From an uncultured Gemmatimonadaceae bacterium (GTDB lineage Bacteria; Gemmatimonadota; Gemmatimonadetes; Gemmatimonadales; Gemmatimonadaceae), in the NCBI GenBank assembly GCA_963740355.1, contig CAVUDW010000004.1:26280-90279 (forward strand): 64,000 bases of DNA, read 5' to 3'. A program made the position numbers and the translations under genes. The notes beneath the pieces were generated by a model. That model was not told the DNA's origin and did not search any database. It was given only the letters and a program-made list of their open reading frames with translations. Positions 27,680 to 37,368 of the stretch are shown in pieces (the stretch's first letter is position 1; each line of letters starts with the position of its first letter).

Positions 27680-29392
27680 ATGCTGCTCGAACTGCGAATC
27701 CGCGACCTCGCGATCATTCGACAGGTGACGCTCCCGCTGGCGCCAGCCTTCAATGTGCTGAGTGGCGAGACTGGTGCCGGCAAGTCGATCATCGTCGGCG
27801 CACTCACCGTGCTCCTCGGCGATCGTGCCAGTGCTGACATGGTGCGCACCGGTGCTGACCGGGCGACCGTCGAAGGGGTGTTCGATGTGGCGGAGCAGCG
27901 CGACGTTCTCGAGGCGCTCGATGAACGTGGCCTCGAGCATGAACATGGCACGTTGGTATTGAAGCGGGAGATCGCGCCGGGGCGTGCGCGCGCCTGGATC
28001 AATGGTACGCCGGTCACGGCCACCGTTCTTGGCGAGATCGGTCGGTTGCTCGTCACGGTCCATGGTCAACACGAAGCGCACACGCTGCTCGATGCCTCAT
28101 CGCAACGGCGCTGGCTCGACGCCACCGCGGGGGCGCTGCCCTTGGCGAAGGATGTTGCCACTCGCCACGCCACCGTGCTAGCGGCGCGTGTCGCAATCGC
28201 TGAACGGCGCTCGCGCCAACGCGAGGCAGAACAGCGCGCCGACTTTCTGCGACACGTCGTCGATGAGATCGAGAAGGCGCAGCTGGTTGCAGGCGAAGAT
28301 GAGCGGCTGACCGAGGAGCTGCAGCGCCTCGAGCATGCAGATGAATTGCGTGCGATTGCCGAGCAGGTGGTGCGACGGCTCGACGGCGGTGACGATGACG
28401 GCGGTGGCCTGGTGCAGCAGCTGGGGACGATCCAGCGCCTGCTCTCGCAGCTTCGGCGAATCGATGGCGGCGCCGATCGCCTCGCGCAGCTCGCCGACGA
28501 AGCGGCATATGCACTGGAAGAGTTGCTGCGTGATGCAGGCACCTATGCGTCTGGCGTGGAGCTCGATCCAGAACGGCTGGTCGAGGCGCAGCGCCGCCGG
28601 GATGTGGTGTTCCGGTTGCTGAAGAAGTACGGTCCCAGCCTCGCAGATGTGCTCGCGGAGGCGAGCGCTGCGCGTGAGGCACTTCGGCTCGTGGATGATG
28701 CCGAGGCGGACCTGCGCCGGCTGCACGATGAGTTGCATGCAGCACAGGAGTCGTTCGGGCACGCGGCCGCTGAGCTCACGAAGGCGCGGCGCAAGAGCGC
28801 CGAGTTGCTGGCCGCCACGGTCTCCGCGCAGCTCCCGGCACTGGGATTGCCCGAGGGGCGATTCATCGTCGCACTGCCGCCGCGTGATGAGCCGGGACCG
28901 ACGGGCAACGAAGAAGTGGAGTTTCGTGTGGCCCTCAACGCCGGACACGAAGCCCGCCCCCTGTCACGCGTGGCGAGTGGCGGCGAATTGTCGCGTGTGA
29001 TGCTGGCGCTGGCCAGTACGCAGGCCGCGCAGGGGAGCGTACCGACGCTGGTGTTCGACGAGATCGATGCCGGCATCGGCGGGCGGGTCGGACAGCAGGT
29101 CGGTGATGCGTTGCGTGCGCTCGCCTCGCGCCACCAGGTGTTCGCCATCACGCACTTGCCGCAGCTCGCATCGCGCGCCCATCACCACATCGTGGTGGAG
29201 AAGGGCACGGCCGATGGGGTGACGTCGACTGACGTTCGGGTCGTCACCGGTGACGAGCGCGCGAGCGAAGTCGCGCGCATGCTTGGCGGCGATCCATCGA
29301 GCACGGTTGGCGTTGCGCACGCCGAAGAACTCTTGCGCGGCAATGCGCCACCGATGTCGAAGGCGCCCGCCCGTGCCACCAGGCGACGTTAG
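27680..29392 (+). CDS. recN: DNA repair protein RecN
   Basis: 570 aa with an N-terminal Walker A (LSGETGAGKSII), a central coiled coil and a C-terminal signature/Walker B (ASGGELSRVMLAL...LVFDEIDAGIGG). The nadK-recN order matches many bacteria. Confidence 0.95.
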   Translation: MLLELRIRDLAIIRQVTLPLAPAFNVLSGETGAGKSIIVGALTVLLGDRASADMVRTGADRATVEGVFDVAEQRDVLEALDERGLEHEHGTLVLKREIAPGRARAWINGTPVTATVLGEIGRLLVTVHGQHEAHTLLDASSQRRWLDATAGALPLAKDVATRHATVLAARVAIAERRSRQREAEQRADFLRHVVDEIEKAQLVAGEDERLTEELQRLEHADELRAIAEQVVRRLDGGDDDGGGLVQQLGTIQRLLSQLRRIDGGADRLAQLADEAAYALEELLRDAGTYASGVELDPERLVEAQRRRDVVFRLLKKYGPSLADVLAEASAAREALRLVDDAEADLRRLHDELHAAQESFGHAAAELTKARRKSAELLAATVSAQLPALGLPEGRFIVALPPRDEPGPTGNEEVEFRVALNAGHEARPLSRVASGGELSRVMLALASTQAAQGSVPTLVFDEIDAGIGGRVGQQVGDALRALASRHQVFAITHLPQLASRAHHHIVVEKGTADGVTSTDVRVVTGDERASEVARMLGGDPSSTVGVAHAEELLRGNAPPMSKAPARATRRR

Positions 29393-31065
29393 CGTCGCGG
29401 GTAGAGCCGGATCTGGAGCTGGTGGATCGACAGCTTCGCCACGTTGCCTCCAGTGCCCGAGATGGTGCGGGAGTTGAAGTACTGGAATTCGATCGGCAGT
29501 TTCGCCTTGCCGCGAGCATGTGCCGCGACACTGGAAAATGTGATTCCGAATCCGAGCCGCTGCTCGGTCGCTGCCGTTTCGTACGCCAGGGTGCTGGCAT
29601 CCAGCGTCACCGGTGCCGCCAGACCTGATTCGGTGGGCGACACGACGTAGGTCCCGCTGAACTTGTCCTCGGCCTTGTTCCGGTACAGGTACTGGGCGCC
29701 CACCGAGAAGAAGTCGCTCAAGACCCAGCGCGGGGTGACCTCGATCTCGAGCTGATCACCGAGGTCGCGGTTCACCACGCGCTGCCGCCACGATGCGGCG
29801 AAGACCTCGTTCGGTTGATCGGTGATCCGGCGGATCGGTTGGTCGGCCATCTGCACCGTGTAGCGTGCGATCACGGAGGTGAAGAACTTTCGCCCGTAAA
29901 CGACATCCGTGAACGACCGCACCTCGATGTCATTCTGCCCCTGTCCGGTTCCTATGTCGAGAAAGTCATCCGGCTGATCGATCGTGCCCGTGCCGAAACG
30001 GTAGGCACCGGCAAAGCTTTGCCGAAGATTCAAGCCGGACGGAAGGAATCGCGTGGTGTCGCTGCGCATCCCGAAGGTGTCGAACAGGCGTACCTTCACC
30101 GATGCCTCGACATCGCCAAGTCCCTGATGCGTGATCGTGCCGAGTGGCGCGGCATTGATGCCGAAGAGCGTATCGCCCACGACGCGTTGCAGCCCGTCGG
30201 GGGTCAGTCCGGCGGTTGGTCGTGAGGGCAGGGAAGTCGCGGCCAGGGCCGTGATGCCGTACTGCGTGAATTGCGTGCGGAAGGTGCTGAGCCGATTGAG
30301 GATCGCCGAGTCTGCAGCACTGCCGGCGATCGGCACGAACAGCGAGCCATTGGTGCGCGTCGTGCCATACACCGCGCGCACCGCGTTCTCGAAATCGGTC
30401 GCACCGGCTGTGATCGTGGGTGCGTTCGCGATCACGCTGGCACATGATGCATTCGACCCGGGATTTGCCGTGCACGATGCCAGCAAGGCGGCCAGCTGCG
30501 TCCGGGCGGCGTTCAGCTGAGTCACGAGCAACAGGTTGGCCGCCGCCGGGCTGTCGCCATCGCGCGCAGGGTTGATGCTCACCGTGCCAGCCGCCGTGCC
30601 GCCGTTCACATTCAACAACACCTGCTTCCTCGCGCTCACGATCGGAACCATCACACCGATCGAGAGCCAGTTCGTGAGGCCAGCCTCCAGCGCGATCGGG
30701 GTCGTCTGCACCCGCACACTCGAGACCATGTTCGATCGACCGAGGCTCAATCGGAAGGCACTGTTCCCGGTCAGCGTCCGAATCGCACTCTGCACCGACG
30801 ACAAGCCTGGAAACTGCGGAATGCCGAGCGAGTCGGATGTGAAGTCGCCATCCAGCGGCTCCAGCGACCCATCGGCGCGACCTGGGGTGCCCTTGCCATA
30901 GCGCTGGCTGAAGTCCGTGATCGACGTGCTCAACTGCACCCGGATCGCGCCGCGTGGTGCGGTGAGTGCGTCGTCACCAAGGCCGCGAACCGGTTGGGCC
31001 GTGAGTGCCGGACCAACGCAGGCGATCGACACCGCCAGCGCACACGCAAACGCACCCAGTCGCAT
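29389..31065 (-). CDS. hypothetical outer-membrane beta-barrel-like protein
   Basis: It has a signal-peptide-like N-terminus from the ATG at 31065 (MRLGAFACALAVSIACVGPALTAQ). It is a long G/T/S/N-rich sequence with alternating hydrophobic pattern. I recognised no family. The ORF-track start at 31086 is a TTG. Confidence 0.6.
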   Translation of the reverse strand: MRLGAFACALAVSIACVGPALTAQPVRGLGDDALTAPRGAIRVQLSTSITDFSQRYGKGTPGRADGSLEPLDGDFTSDSLGIPQFPGLSSVQSAIRTLTGNSAFRLSLGRSNMVSSVRVQTTPIALEAGLTNWLSIGVMVPIVSARKQVLLNVNGGTAAGTVSINPARDGDSPAAANLLLVTQLNAARTQLAALLASCTANPGSNASCASVIANAPTITAGATDFENAVRAVYGTTRTNGSLFVPIAGSAADSAILNRLSTFRTQFTQYGITALAATSLPSRPTAGLTPDGLQRVVGDTLFGINAAPLGTITHQGLGDVEASVKVRLFDTFGMRSDTTRFLPSGLNLRQSFAGAYRFGTGTIDQPDDFLDIGTGQGQNDIEVRSFTDVVYGRKFFTSVIARYTVQMADQPIRRITDQPNEVFAASWRQRVVNRDLGDQLEIEVTPRWVLSDFFSVGAQYLYRNKAEDKFSGTYVVSPTESGLAAPVTLDASTLAYETAATEQRLGFGITFSSVAAHARGKAKLPIEFQYFNSRTISGTGGNVAKLSIHQLQIRLYPRR

Positions 31066-31183
31066 AAGTTGACGAGTCTCGAGCAAGAGTCAGTCCAGTG
31101 ATCGATCCGCTCGCACGAGGCGCCACCGGTGTGGCCAGACTGCCTGTCGAGCATTCGCCGGTCAATTTACCTCGATACACCGC

Positions 31184-32959
31184 ATGGACCGCATTCCGCT
31201 CCCGAGTGTTCCCTGGCAACTGACCGGCAATCACTGGCTGGCATTGCCCTGTATTCACCCCGCGACGGGGGCCATCCATCGGATGAGCGTCCTGCATCGC
31301 GGTGCTCGTGCGGCGCTCGAGTTCGTCGCATCTGACACCGAGAACGGCAGCGACGCCCCGCTGCTCCGACCGACGATGGTCGTCGATGGCGAAGCGGTTG
31401 CACTTGGCGCGACGGGCATGGCCTGGGAGCGTGCGCTCGGCTGGCTGCCGACCTTCACCTGCACCGTTGGCTCACTGCTGGTGCGCGGCATGGTCTTCTG
31501 CCCGTTCGGACGTGACGCTGACATGGCAGGTGCCGTGTACACGTTCGCGATCGAGAATCGCGGGACGAAGGCGCGGACGGTGACGCTGGCGCTGGAAGGT
31601 GACGGCGGGGCGCTGGTTCCACGCGTCCGACGTGCGCGTCCGGCGGCGGGACGGTTGCAGGGTGCCGTGGCGGAAGGCGTCGTGGTGCTCGATCCCGGCG
31701 TGACGCCTGGTCTGGCGGCCTTTGCGCTCGCCGCCGATGGCGACGGCGAGGTGAGTGCGTCGGCGTCCGGTGCCGCACGGCTGGCGCGTACCGTCACCTT
31801 GGCGCCTGGTGCACGCGATGAACTTGCTTTCTACCTCGCGGCGGGGCCCGAGCGCGATGGCGCGATCGCCACGTCGGCGGCCATGCGCCGTCGCGGGTGG
31901 CAGTGGCTGCTCTCCGCAACCCGTGACGCGCTCACGGCTCTCCAGCAATCCACCGGGAGCGAGTCACTCGACCGGCTGGTCAACGCCAATCTGCTCTTCG
32001 CCTATTTCTATGCCGTCGGTCGCGCACTGGATGATGCCCATTTCTACCTGATGCGCACACGCGTGCCTTGGCATCCCGCGGGCGTCACGATGCGTGAGTG
32101 GGACGCATTGATGATGACGCTGCCCGCCGTGCAGATGGCCGATCCGGGGCTCGCGCGTGAACTTTTGTTGCGCATGTGCGAACTGCACGGCTACGCACCG
32201 GGGCGTGGTACCCACTATTTCGATGGCACGATGTTCGAGCCTGCCTTTTCGCTCGAAGGTGCCGCCGCGTATGTGCTGGCCGTCGATCGCTACACCGCGG
32301 AGTCGAAGGACGACCAGATCATCGACGATCCAGTTCTCGCCGACACGCTTTACCTGGTGAATGACGAGTTGGCAGAGCGGCGGAACGCCGAGTTGCCGCT
32401 GTACTCCACCGAAGTGACGCCGGCCGGTGTCGTGCCGCCGCAACCGTACACCGCGCACGCGAACGGCGTCGCGGCGCTGGCGCTCGACATCCTGCGGCGG
32501 ACGCTCGACGAGGAAACGTCGCGTGACGTGCCCGATGGTGAGGCCGTTCGAGCCACACTGCAGCGCACGTTCGAGCGAAGCGAGGGCGGGAAGAAGACGC
32601 TCTGCACCGCGGTGGACCTGAGCGGCGCGGAGTCGCGACACGACGACGCCATCGGATCGCTGCTCTGGCTGCCGATGTATGGCGGCATCGACGCCGACGA
32701 TGCCGTGTTCAAGCGCACCGCGCGCGCGCTGGCGACGCCGACGACTGAACTATCAACGATCATTGCGCGCCTCTGTGGTCCGGACAGCGTGGCGGTGCTG
32801 GAGTGGCTCCGCCGGGCGCCACTCGACGGCGGTGTGGCCGCGGAGTTCGTGGATGCCGATGGACGCGCCATCGCCAATGGCGGAGATGCGGCGCTGGCGG
32901 GCCTCCTTGCCGCGACCGTGTGCTGGCTGACACGCCCTACGGGGCCCGATGGTCCGTAG
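31184..32959 (+). CDS. hypothetical protein (possible six-hairpin glycosidase-like fold, unverified)
   Basis: 591-aa ORF with native-looking codon usage and no signal peptide. A beta-rich N-half is followed by a helix-rich C-half. I found no diagnostic motif. Confidence 0.55.
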   Translation: MDRIPLPSVPWQLTGNHWLALPCIHPATGAIHRMSVLHRGARAALEFVASDTENGSDAPLLRPTMVVDGEAVALGATGMAWERALGWLPTFTCTVGSLLVRGMVFCPFGRDADMAGAVYTFAIENRGTKARTVTLALEGDGGALVPRVRRARPAAGRLQGAVAEGVVVLDPGVTPGLAAFALAADGDGEVSASASGAARLARTVTLAPGARDELAFYLAAGPERDGAIATSAAMRRRGWQWLLSATRDALTALQQSTGSESLDRLVNANLLFAYFYAVGRALDDAHFYLMRTRVPWHPAGVTMREWDALMMTLPAVQMADPGLARELLLRMCELHGYAPGRGTHYFDGTMFEPAFSLEGAAAYVLAVDRYTAESKDDQIIDDPVLADTLYLVNDELAERRNAELPLYSTEVTPAGVVPPQPYTAHANGVAALALDILRRTLDEETSRDVPDGEAVRATLQRTFERSEGGKKTLCTAVDLSGAESRHDDAIGSLLWLPMYGGIDADDAVFKRTARALATPTTELSTIIARLCGPDSVAVLEWLRRAPLDGGVAAEFVDADGRAIANGGDAALAGLLAATVCWLTRPTGPDGP

Positions 32960-32965
32960 GTGCGC

Positions 32966-32994
32966 TTGTCGGCGTGTCCCGAGGTGCCTATACT
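32966..32994 (+). promoter_or_regulatory. candidate promoter of tRNA-Gly
   Basis: TTGTCG (32966-32971), a 17-nt spacer, then TATACT (32989-32994). The -10 element ends 9 nt before the mature tRNA 5' end. Confidence 0.5.
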
Positions 32995-33003
32995 GCCCTC
33001 CAC

Positions 33004-33076
33004 GCGGGAATAGCTCAGTTGGTAGAGCACAACCTTGCCAAGGTTGGGGTCGCGGGTTCGAGTCCCGTTTCCCGCT
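33004..33076 (+). tRNA. tRNA-Gly (anticodon GCC)
   Basis: Hand-folded cloverleaf: acceptor GCGGGAA/TTCCCGC, D stem GCTC/GAGC, anticodon stem CAACC/GGTTG with loop TTGCCAA, T arm GCGGG-TTCGAGT-CCCGT and discriminator T. No CCA is encoded. Confidence 0.93.
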
Positions 33077-33090
33077 CTGGGAGTAGTCTG

Positions 33091-33122
33091 ACGGGAGCGG
33101 CGCGTGCCGCTCCCGTTTTTTG
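33091..33122 (+). terminator. intrinsic terminator between the two tRNA genes
   Basis: ACGGGAGCGGC (33091-33101), loop GCGT, then GCCGCTCCCGT (33106-33116), followed by TTTTTT. Confidence 0.7.
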
Positions 33123-33124
33123 TT

Positions 33125-33209
33125 GCCCGGGTGGCGGAAATGGTGAGACGCGGGGGACTTAAAATCCCCTGACCGCAAGGTCGTGTGGGTTCGATTCCCA
33201 CCCCGGGTA
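33125..33209 (+). tRNA. tRNA-Leu (anticodon TAA)
   Basis: Hand-folded: acceptor GCCCGGG/CCCGGGT (G1-U72), anticodon stem GGGGA/TCCCC with loop CTTAAAA, a long variable arm TGACCGCAAGGTCGT, T arm GTGGG-TTCGATT-CCCAC and discriminator A. Confidence 0.9.
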
Positions 33210-33239
33210 TCTCGACGCTGAACACGCTAGTTTGCGCGC

Positions 33240-34235
33240 ATGACTGACGTACTCGCGCTCGCCTCTGAACTGCTCGCCATCCATTCGCCCTCCGGCGGCG
33301 AAGGACCGGCCATCGATTTCGTCAGCCGCTGGCTGCTCGCCAAGGGCTGGAATGTCCACGTGCAGGAAGTGTCACCGGGACGTGGCAACGTCTGGGCGAC
33401 ACGTCGCGGCGGAGGGGTCACGCTCTCCACGCACCTCGACGTGGTGCCGCCGTACATCCCACCGCGACTCGATGGCGACAAGCTCTTTGGCCGCGGCTCC
33501 TGCGACGCCAAGGGAATCGCGGCCGCCATGATGGTGGCCGCCGAACGTCTCGCTGCGGAAGGCGAGGAGCGCGTCGACCTGTTGTTTGTCGTGGGTGAGG
33601 AAAAGGGCTCCGACGGCGCACGCGCGGCGAATCATCTGCCGGCCACCAGTCGGTTCCTGATCAATGGCGAGCCCACCGAAAGCATCCTCGCCTCTGGCTG
33701 CAAAGGCTCGATGCGCGTGATGGTGCGCACACGCGGACGAGAAGCGCATTCGGCGTATCCGCAACTCGGCATTTCAGCCATCGAGCCGATGCTGAAACTC
33801 CTGCCGACGGTGCACGCACTGCCGTTGCCCACCGATGCCATCCTCGGCGAGACGACGGTCAACATCGGCGTGATTCGCGGTGGCACGGAAGCGAACATCA
33901 TTCCCGGCATGTGCGAGGCCGAATTGATGTTTCGACTCGTGAGTGACCCGGCGCCACTGCGTGCGGCGATCGAGCAGTGGGTCGATGGCATTGCGACGCT
34001 GGAATGGGGCTCGTACATCCCGGCGCAGCACTTTCACACCGTGCCAGGTTTCGAGGCACGGCCGGTCTCGTACACCTCCGACATTCCGCTCTTGCCGCGC
34101 TGGGGCACGCCGCTCCTCTTCGGCCCCGGGTCGATTCACGTCGCGCACACCGATCACGAGTTCGTCTCGGCGCCGGAGTTGCGCGCCAGTGTCGACACCT
34201 ACATGGCGCTCACGCGCACGCTCCTGGGATCGTAA
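33240..34235 (+). CDS. M20-family metallohydrolase (ArgE/DapE/LysK-like; probable succinyl-DAP desuccinylase role)
   Basis: 331 aa with metal-ligand regions HLDVVP, GRGSCDAKG and VGEEKGSDGA. It is the first gene of a string containing asd, lysC, dapB, dapA and dapD. Confidence 0.78.
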   Translation: MTDVLALASELLAIHSPSGGEGPAIDFVSRWLLAKGWNVHVQEVSPGRGNVWATRRGGGVTLSTHLDVVPPYIPPRLDGDKLFGRGSCDAKGIAAAMMVAAERLAAEGEERVDLLFVVGEEKGSDGARAANHLPATSRFLINGEPTESILASGCKGSMRVMVRTRGREAHSAYPQLGISAIEPMLKLLPTVHALPLPTDAILGETTVNIGVIRGGTEANIIPGMCEAELMFRLVSDPAPLRAAIEQWVDGIATLEWGSYIPAQHFHTVPGFEARPVSYTSDIPLLPRWGTPLLFGPGSIHVAHTDHEFVSAPELRASVDTYMALTRTLLGS

Positions 34236-35315
34236 GTGACCGTTCCTCACCCGTTCAACGGCCAGCGACTCCCCGTCGCCATTCTCGGTGCCACCGGCAT
34301 GGTGGGGCAGACATTCGTCCGTCTGCTTGCCGATCATCCCTGGTTCACGGTCACCACGGTAGCCGCATCCGAACGGTCCGCGGGCAAGCCGTACGCTGAT
34401 GCGGCGAACTGGCTCGAGGGCGAGATGCCGGCTTCGGTGCGCGACCTGATCGTGCAGCCGTGCGATCCTGCCGTCATCACGGAGTCCGTCGTCTTCTCTG
34501 CGCTCGATAGCGGCCCGGCACAGGAGCTCGAGCCAGCGTTTGCGCAGAAGGGCGCGATCGTCCTGTCGAATGCCAAGAGCTATCGCATGGCTCCCGATGT
34601 GCCCTTGCTGATTCCGGAGATCAACGCATCGCACCTTGCGCTGCTTGATCTCCAGCGCCAGCAGCGCGGCTGGACGGGCGCCATCGTGACGAACGCCAAT
34701 TGCGCCACGATCGTGCTTGCGATGGCACTGGCGCCACTGCACGCGGCGTTCGGGGCGCGGCGCCTGTTCGTCGCCACCATGCAGGCCGTCTCCGGTGCAG
34801 GATATCCCGGTGTGTCGTCGCTCGACATCCTCGGCAACGTGATTCCGTACATCGGTGACGAAGAACCGAAGCTCGAGACCGAAGGCCAGAAGATTCTCGG
34901 CGCGATCACCGCGAACGGGGTGACCGCCGCACCGTTCGTGATCAGTGCGCACACGAACCGTGTGGCCGTCGAGCACGGCCACACAGTCTGCATGTCCATC
35001 GAGTTCGAACAGCCGGTCACCCCGGAGCAGGCGCTCGAGGTGTTGCGTACCTGGAAGGGTGATCCTGCGTCGCACGGCTTGCCATCGTCACCGCCGATGC
35101 CGCTGGTGGTGCACACGTCACTCAATCGGCCGCAGCCGCGGCGCGACGTGAACGAGGACGGCGGCATGAGCGTACACGTCGGTCGCGTGCGGAGCGACCC
35201 GCAGTTTCACCTGCGCCTGGTCGCGATGGGCCACAACGTGATTCGCGGGGCAGCCGGCGCCTCGATCCAGAACGCAGAGCTGCTGGCCGCTCGCGGCGTG
35301 ATTCGCCTGGCATGA
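34236..35315 (+). CDS. asd: aspartate-semialdehyde dehydrogenase
   Basis: 359 aa with VAILGATGMVGQ (NADP binding), the active-site region NANCATI and an archaeal/Gram-positive-type length. The GTG start follows the previous stop directly. Confidence 0.92.
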   Translation: MTVPHPFNGQRLPVAILGATGMVGQTFVRLLADHPWFTVTTVAASERSAGKPYADAANWLEGEMPASVRDLIVQPCDPAVITESVVFSALDSGPAQELEPAFAQKGAIVLSNAKSYRMAPDVPLLIPEINASHLALLDLQRQQRGWTGAIVTNANCATIVLAMALAPLHAAFGARRLFVATMQAVSGAGYPGVSSLDILGNVIPYIGDEEPKLETEGQKILGAITANGVTAAPFVISAHTNRVAVEHGHTVCMSIEFEQPVTPEQALEVLRTWKGDPASHGLPSSPPMPLVVHTSLNRPQPRRDVNEDGGMSVHVGRVRSDPQFHLRLVAMGHNVIRGAAGASIQNAELLAARGVIRLA

Positions 35316-36670
35316 TCATCAGCAAGTTCGGCGGCACGTCGGTTGCCGACGCCGCGGCCATCGTCAGGACCGCAGAGATCGTGCGCGGCCGACTCGATCG
35401 TCGCCCGATCGTCGTCGTGTCGGCGCTGGCCGGTGTGACGAATGCGTTGCTCGGCATCGCACGCCAGGCGAGCGAGGGAAATTTCATCTCGGCCGTCTCC
35501 AGCGTGCAGGCGCTCCGCGAACGCCATCTCGTCGAGGTCGAGGCGTTGCTTGGCGACTCGCCGGAACAGAATGAGATCGGCGCCGAGGTGAGCGTGATCT
35601 TCGATGAGCTGGCCTCGCTCTGCGAAGCGCTGTCGGTGCTGGGGTTCATCACCGCTCGCAGCCTCGACGCCATTGCCGGCATGGGTGAACGTGCATCATC
35701 GATGCTGGTCGCCGCAGCGTTCCGTGCGCGGGGCATCGACGCGGTGCATGTCGATGCCCGGAAGGTGATGATCACCGACGACAACTACGGCCGCGCCGAG
35801 CCGCAGCCGGAGGCGATTGCGGTTGCCGCGCGCAGCATCGTCGCGCCCATCGTGCATGACGGCAAGGTGCCGGTCATGGGTGGCTACATCGGGTCCAGCA
35901 CGGAAGGCATCACCACGACCCTCGGTCGCGGCGGATCCGATTACAGCGCGTCGCTGATCGGCGCCGGGCTGCAAGCGGAATCGATCGAGATCTGGACCGA
36001 TGTCGATGGCATGCTGACCGCTGATCCCCGTGTCGTGCCGACCGCTCGACCGATCGAGCAGATTCGTTTCGACGAGGCGAGCGAGTTGGCCAGCTTTGGC
36101 GCCAAGGTGCTGCATCCGGCGACCATCGCACCGGCCGTTCGACTTGGGATTCCCGTCTGGATCTACAACTCGCGGAACCCGGGCGGGCACGGCACGCGCA
36201 TCACCTTCGACGCCCCGCGGCGCTCGGTGACGGCGATTGCCGCCAAGCGCGACACCACGATCTTGCGCGTCGCCACTGGCAAGATGCTCTTCCAGCATGG
36301 CTTCCTGCGTCGTGTGTTCGAGCTGTTTGACGAACACTCGGTGTCGGTGGATGTGGTCGCGACCAGCGAAGTCTCGGTTTCCGTCACCGTCGACGACTCG
36401 GCTCCGCTCGATGTGCTGCTCGGCGCGCTGCGCCAGATCGGCGACGTGTCGGTCGAGCGGCGACGCGCCATCGTCAGCGTGGTTGGTTCTGGCATTGCGG
36501 ACGACGCGGATGCGATGGGCACCGTGTTGCGGGCGCTCGGGCATCGCCGGATTCACATGCTGTCGCTGAGCGCAAGCGCCATCAACCTGACCATCCTGCT
36601 CGACGACGCCGACGTCCCGGATGCCATGCGTGCGCTGCATGCGGCCCTCTTCGAGGCGTCGTCGTCGTGA
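35312..36670 (+). CDS. lysC: aspartate kinase
   Basis: 452 aa with MIISKFGGTSVADA, GRGGSDYSASL and FGAKVLHP, plus C-terminal ACT-like repeats. Confidence 0.93.
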   Translation: MIISKFGGTSVADAAAIVRTAEIVRGRLDRRPIVVVSALAGVTNALLGIARQASEGNFISAVSSVQALRERHLVEVEALLGDSPEQNEIGAEVSVIFDELASLCEALSVLGFITARSLDAIAGMGERASSMLVAAAFRARGIDAVHVDARKVMITDDNYGRAEPQPEAIAVAARSIVAPIVHDGKVPVMGGYIGSSTEGITTTLGRGGSDYSASLIGAGLQAESIEIWTDVDGMLTADPRVVPTARPIEQIRFDEASELASFGAKVLHPATIAPAVRLGIPVWIYNSRNPGGHGTRITFDAPRRSVTAIAAKRDTTILRVATGKMLFQHGFLRRVFELFDEHSVSVDVVATSEVSVSVTVDDSAPLDVLLGALRQIGDVSVERRRAIVSVVGSGIADDADAMGTVLRALGHRRIHMLSLSASAINLTILLDDADVPDAMRALHAALFEASSS

Positions 36671-37368
36671 CGGTGCGAATCGCCCTTTTCGGCGCAGGTC
36701 GCCTCGGGCGCGAAATCCTCGCGTTGGCGCCTGATCGCGGCGCGCAGGTCGTGGCAACGTTCGGTCGGTCCGCGCCGGCAACGGAGGCGGGGTTGCGAGA
36801 GTGCCACGCGGATGTCGCAATCGATGTCAGTGTGGCGGAAGCGGTGGCTGCGAACGCCAATCTCTGCATGACGGTTGGGATCCCCACTGTCATCGGTGTA
36901 ACTGGATGGGACGCTGACGTACCCGAGCTGCAGCGTGCCGTCGCAGCCGCACGCGCGGGCGTGCTGGTGGCCCCGAATTTCAGTATCGGCGCAACACTGT
37001 TTTCGATGGCCGTCGCCGATGCGGCGCGCCGGTTTTCTGCCGCCCTTGGCTTCGACGCGCACATCGTCGAGACGCATCACGCCATGAAGAAGGATGCGCC
37101 CTCGGGGACGGCGCGCCGCCTCGCCCAGCTGTCGAAGGACAGTCGAGGCAGCGATGTGCCGGTGACGAGCGTACGGGTCGGGTATGTGCCAGGTGTGCAC
37201 ACCCTGGTGCTCGATGCGCCGTTCGAACAGGTGACACTGACGCATGAGGCGCGTGATCGACGCGTGTTTGCCGACGGCGCGCTGCGGGCTGCGGAATGGA
37301 TGCAGGGCAGGACCGGCTGGTTCACGATGGATGACGTGGTACTCGATCTGACCGGGAACTTGCCATGA
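36667..37368 (+). CDS. dapB: 4-hydroxy-tetrahydrodipicolinate reductase
   Basis: 233 aa with IALFGAGRLGREI, APNFSIGA and the signature ETHHAMKKDAPSGTA. Confidence 0.9.
   Translation: MTVRIALFGAGRLGREILALAPDRGAQVVATFGRSAPATEAGLRECHADVAIDVSVAEAVAANANLCMTVGIPTVIGVTGWDADVPELQRAVAAARAGVLVAPNFSIGATLFSMAVADAARRFSAALGFDAHIVETHHAMKKDAPSGTARRLAQLSKDSRGSDVPVTSVRVGYVPGVHTLVLDAPFEQVTLTHEARDRRVFADGALRAAEWMQGRTGWFTMDDVVLDLTGNLP

Noticed and set aside
33210-33239. A lysine riboswitch or promoter ahead of the DAP operon, and a tRNA-linked genomic island
   Set aside because: Only 30 nt separate tRNA-Leu from the first gene, which is too short for an L-box. The genes downstream are core metabolism, with no integrase and no direct repeat of the tRNA 3' end.
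33774-35075. Long antisense ORFs across the lysine/aroA/rpsA region: 33774..35075, 35696..36820, 38102..39550, 39172..40596, 41168..42352 and 42356..43177
   Set aside because: The reasoning is the same as for the other antisense ORFs. They are antisense to asd, lysC, dapD, aroA and rpsA, with arginine-rich nonsense-like sequence.
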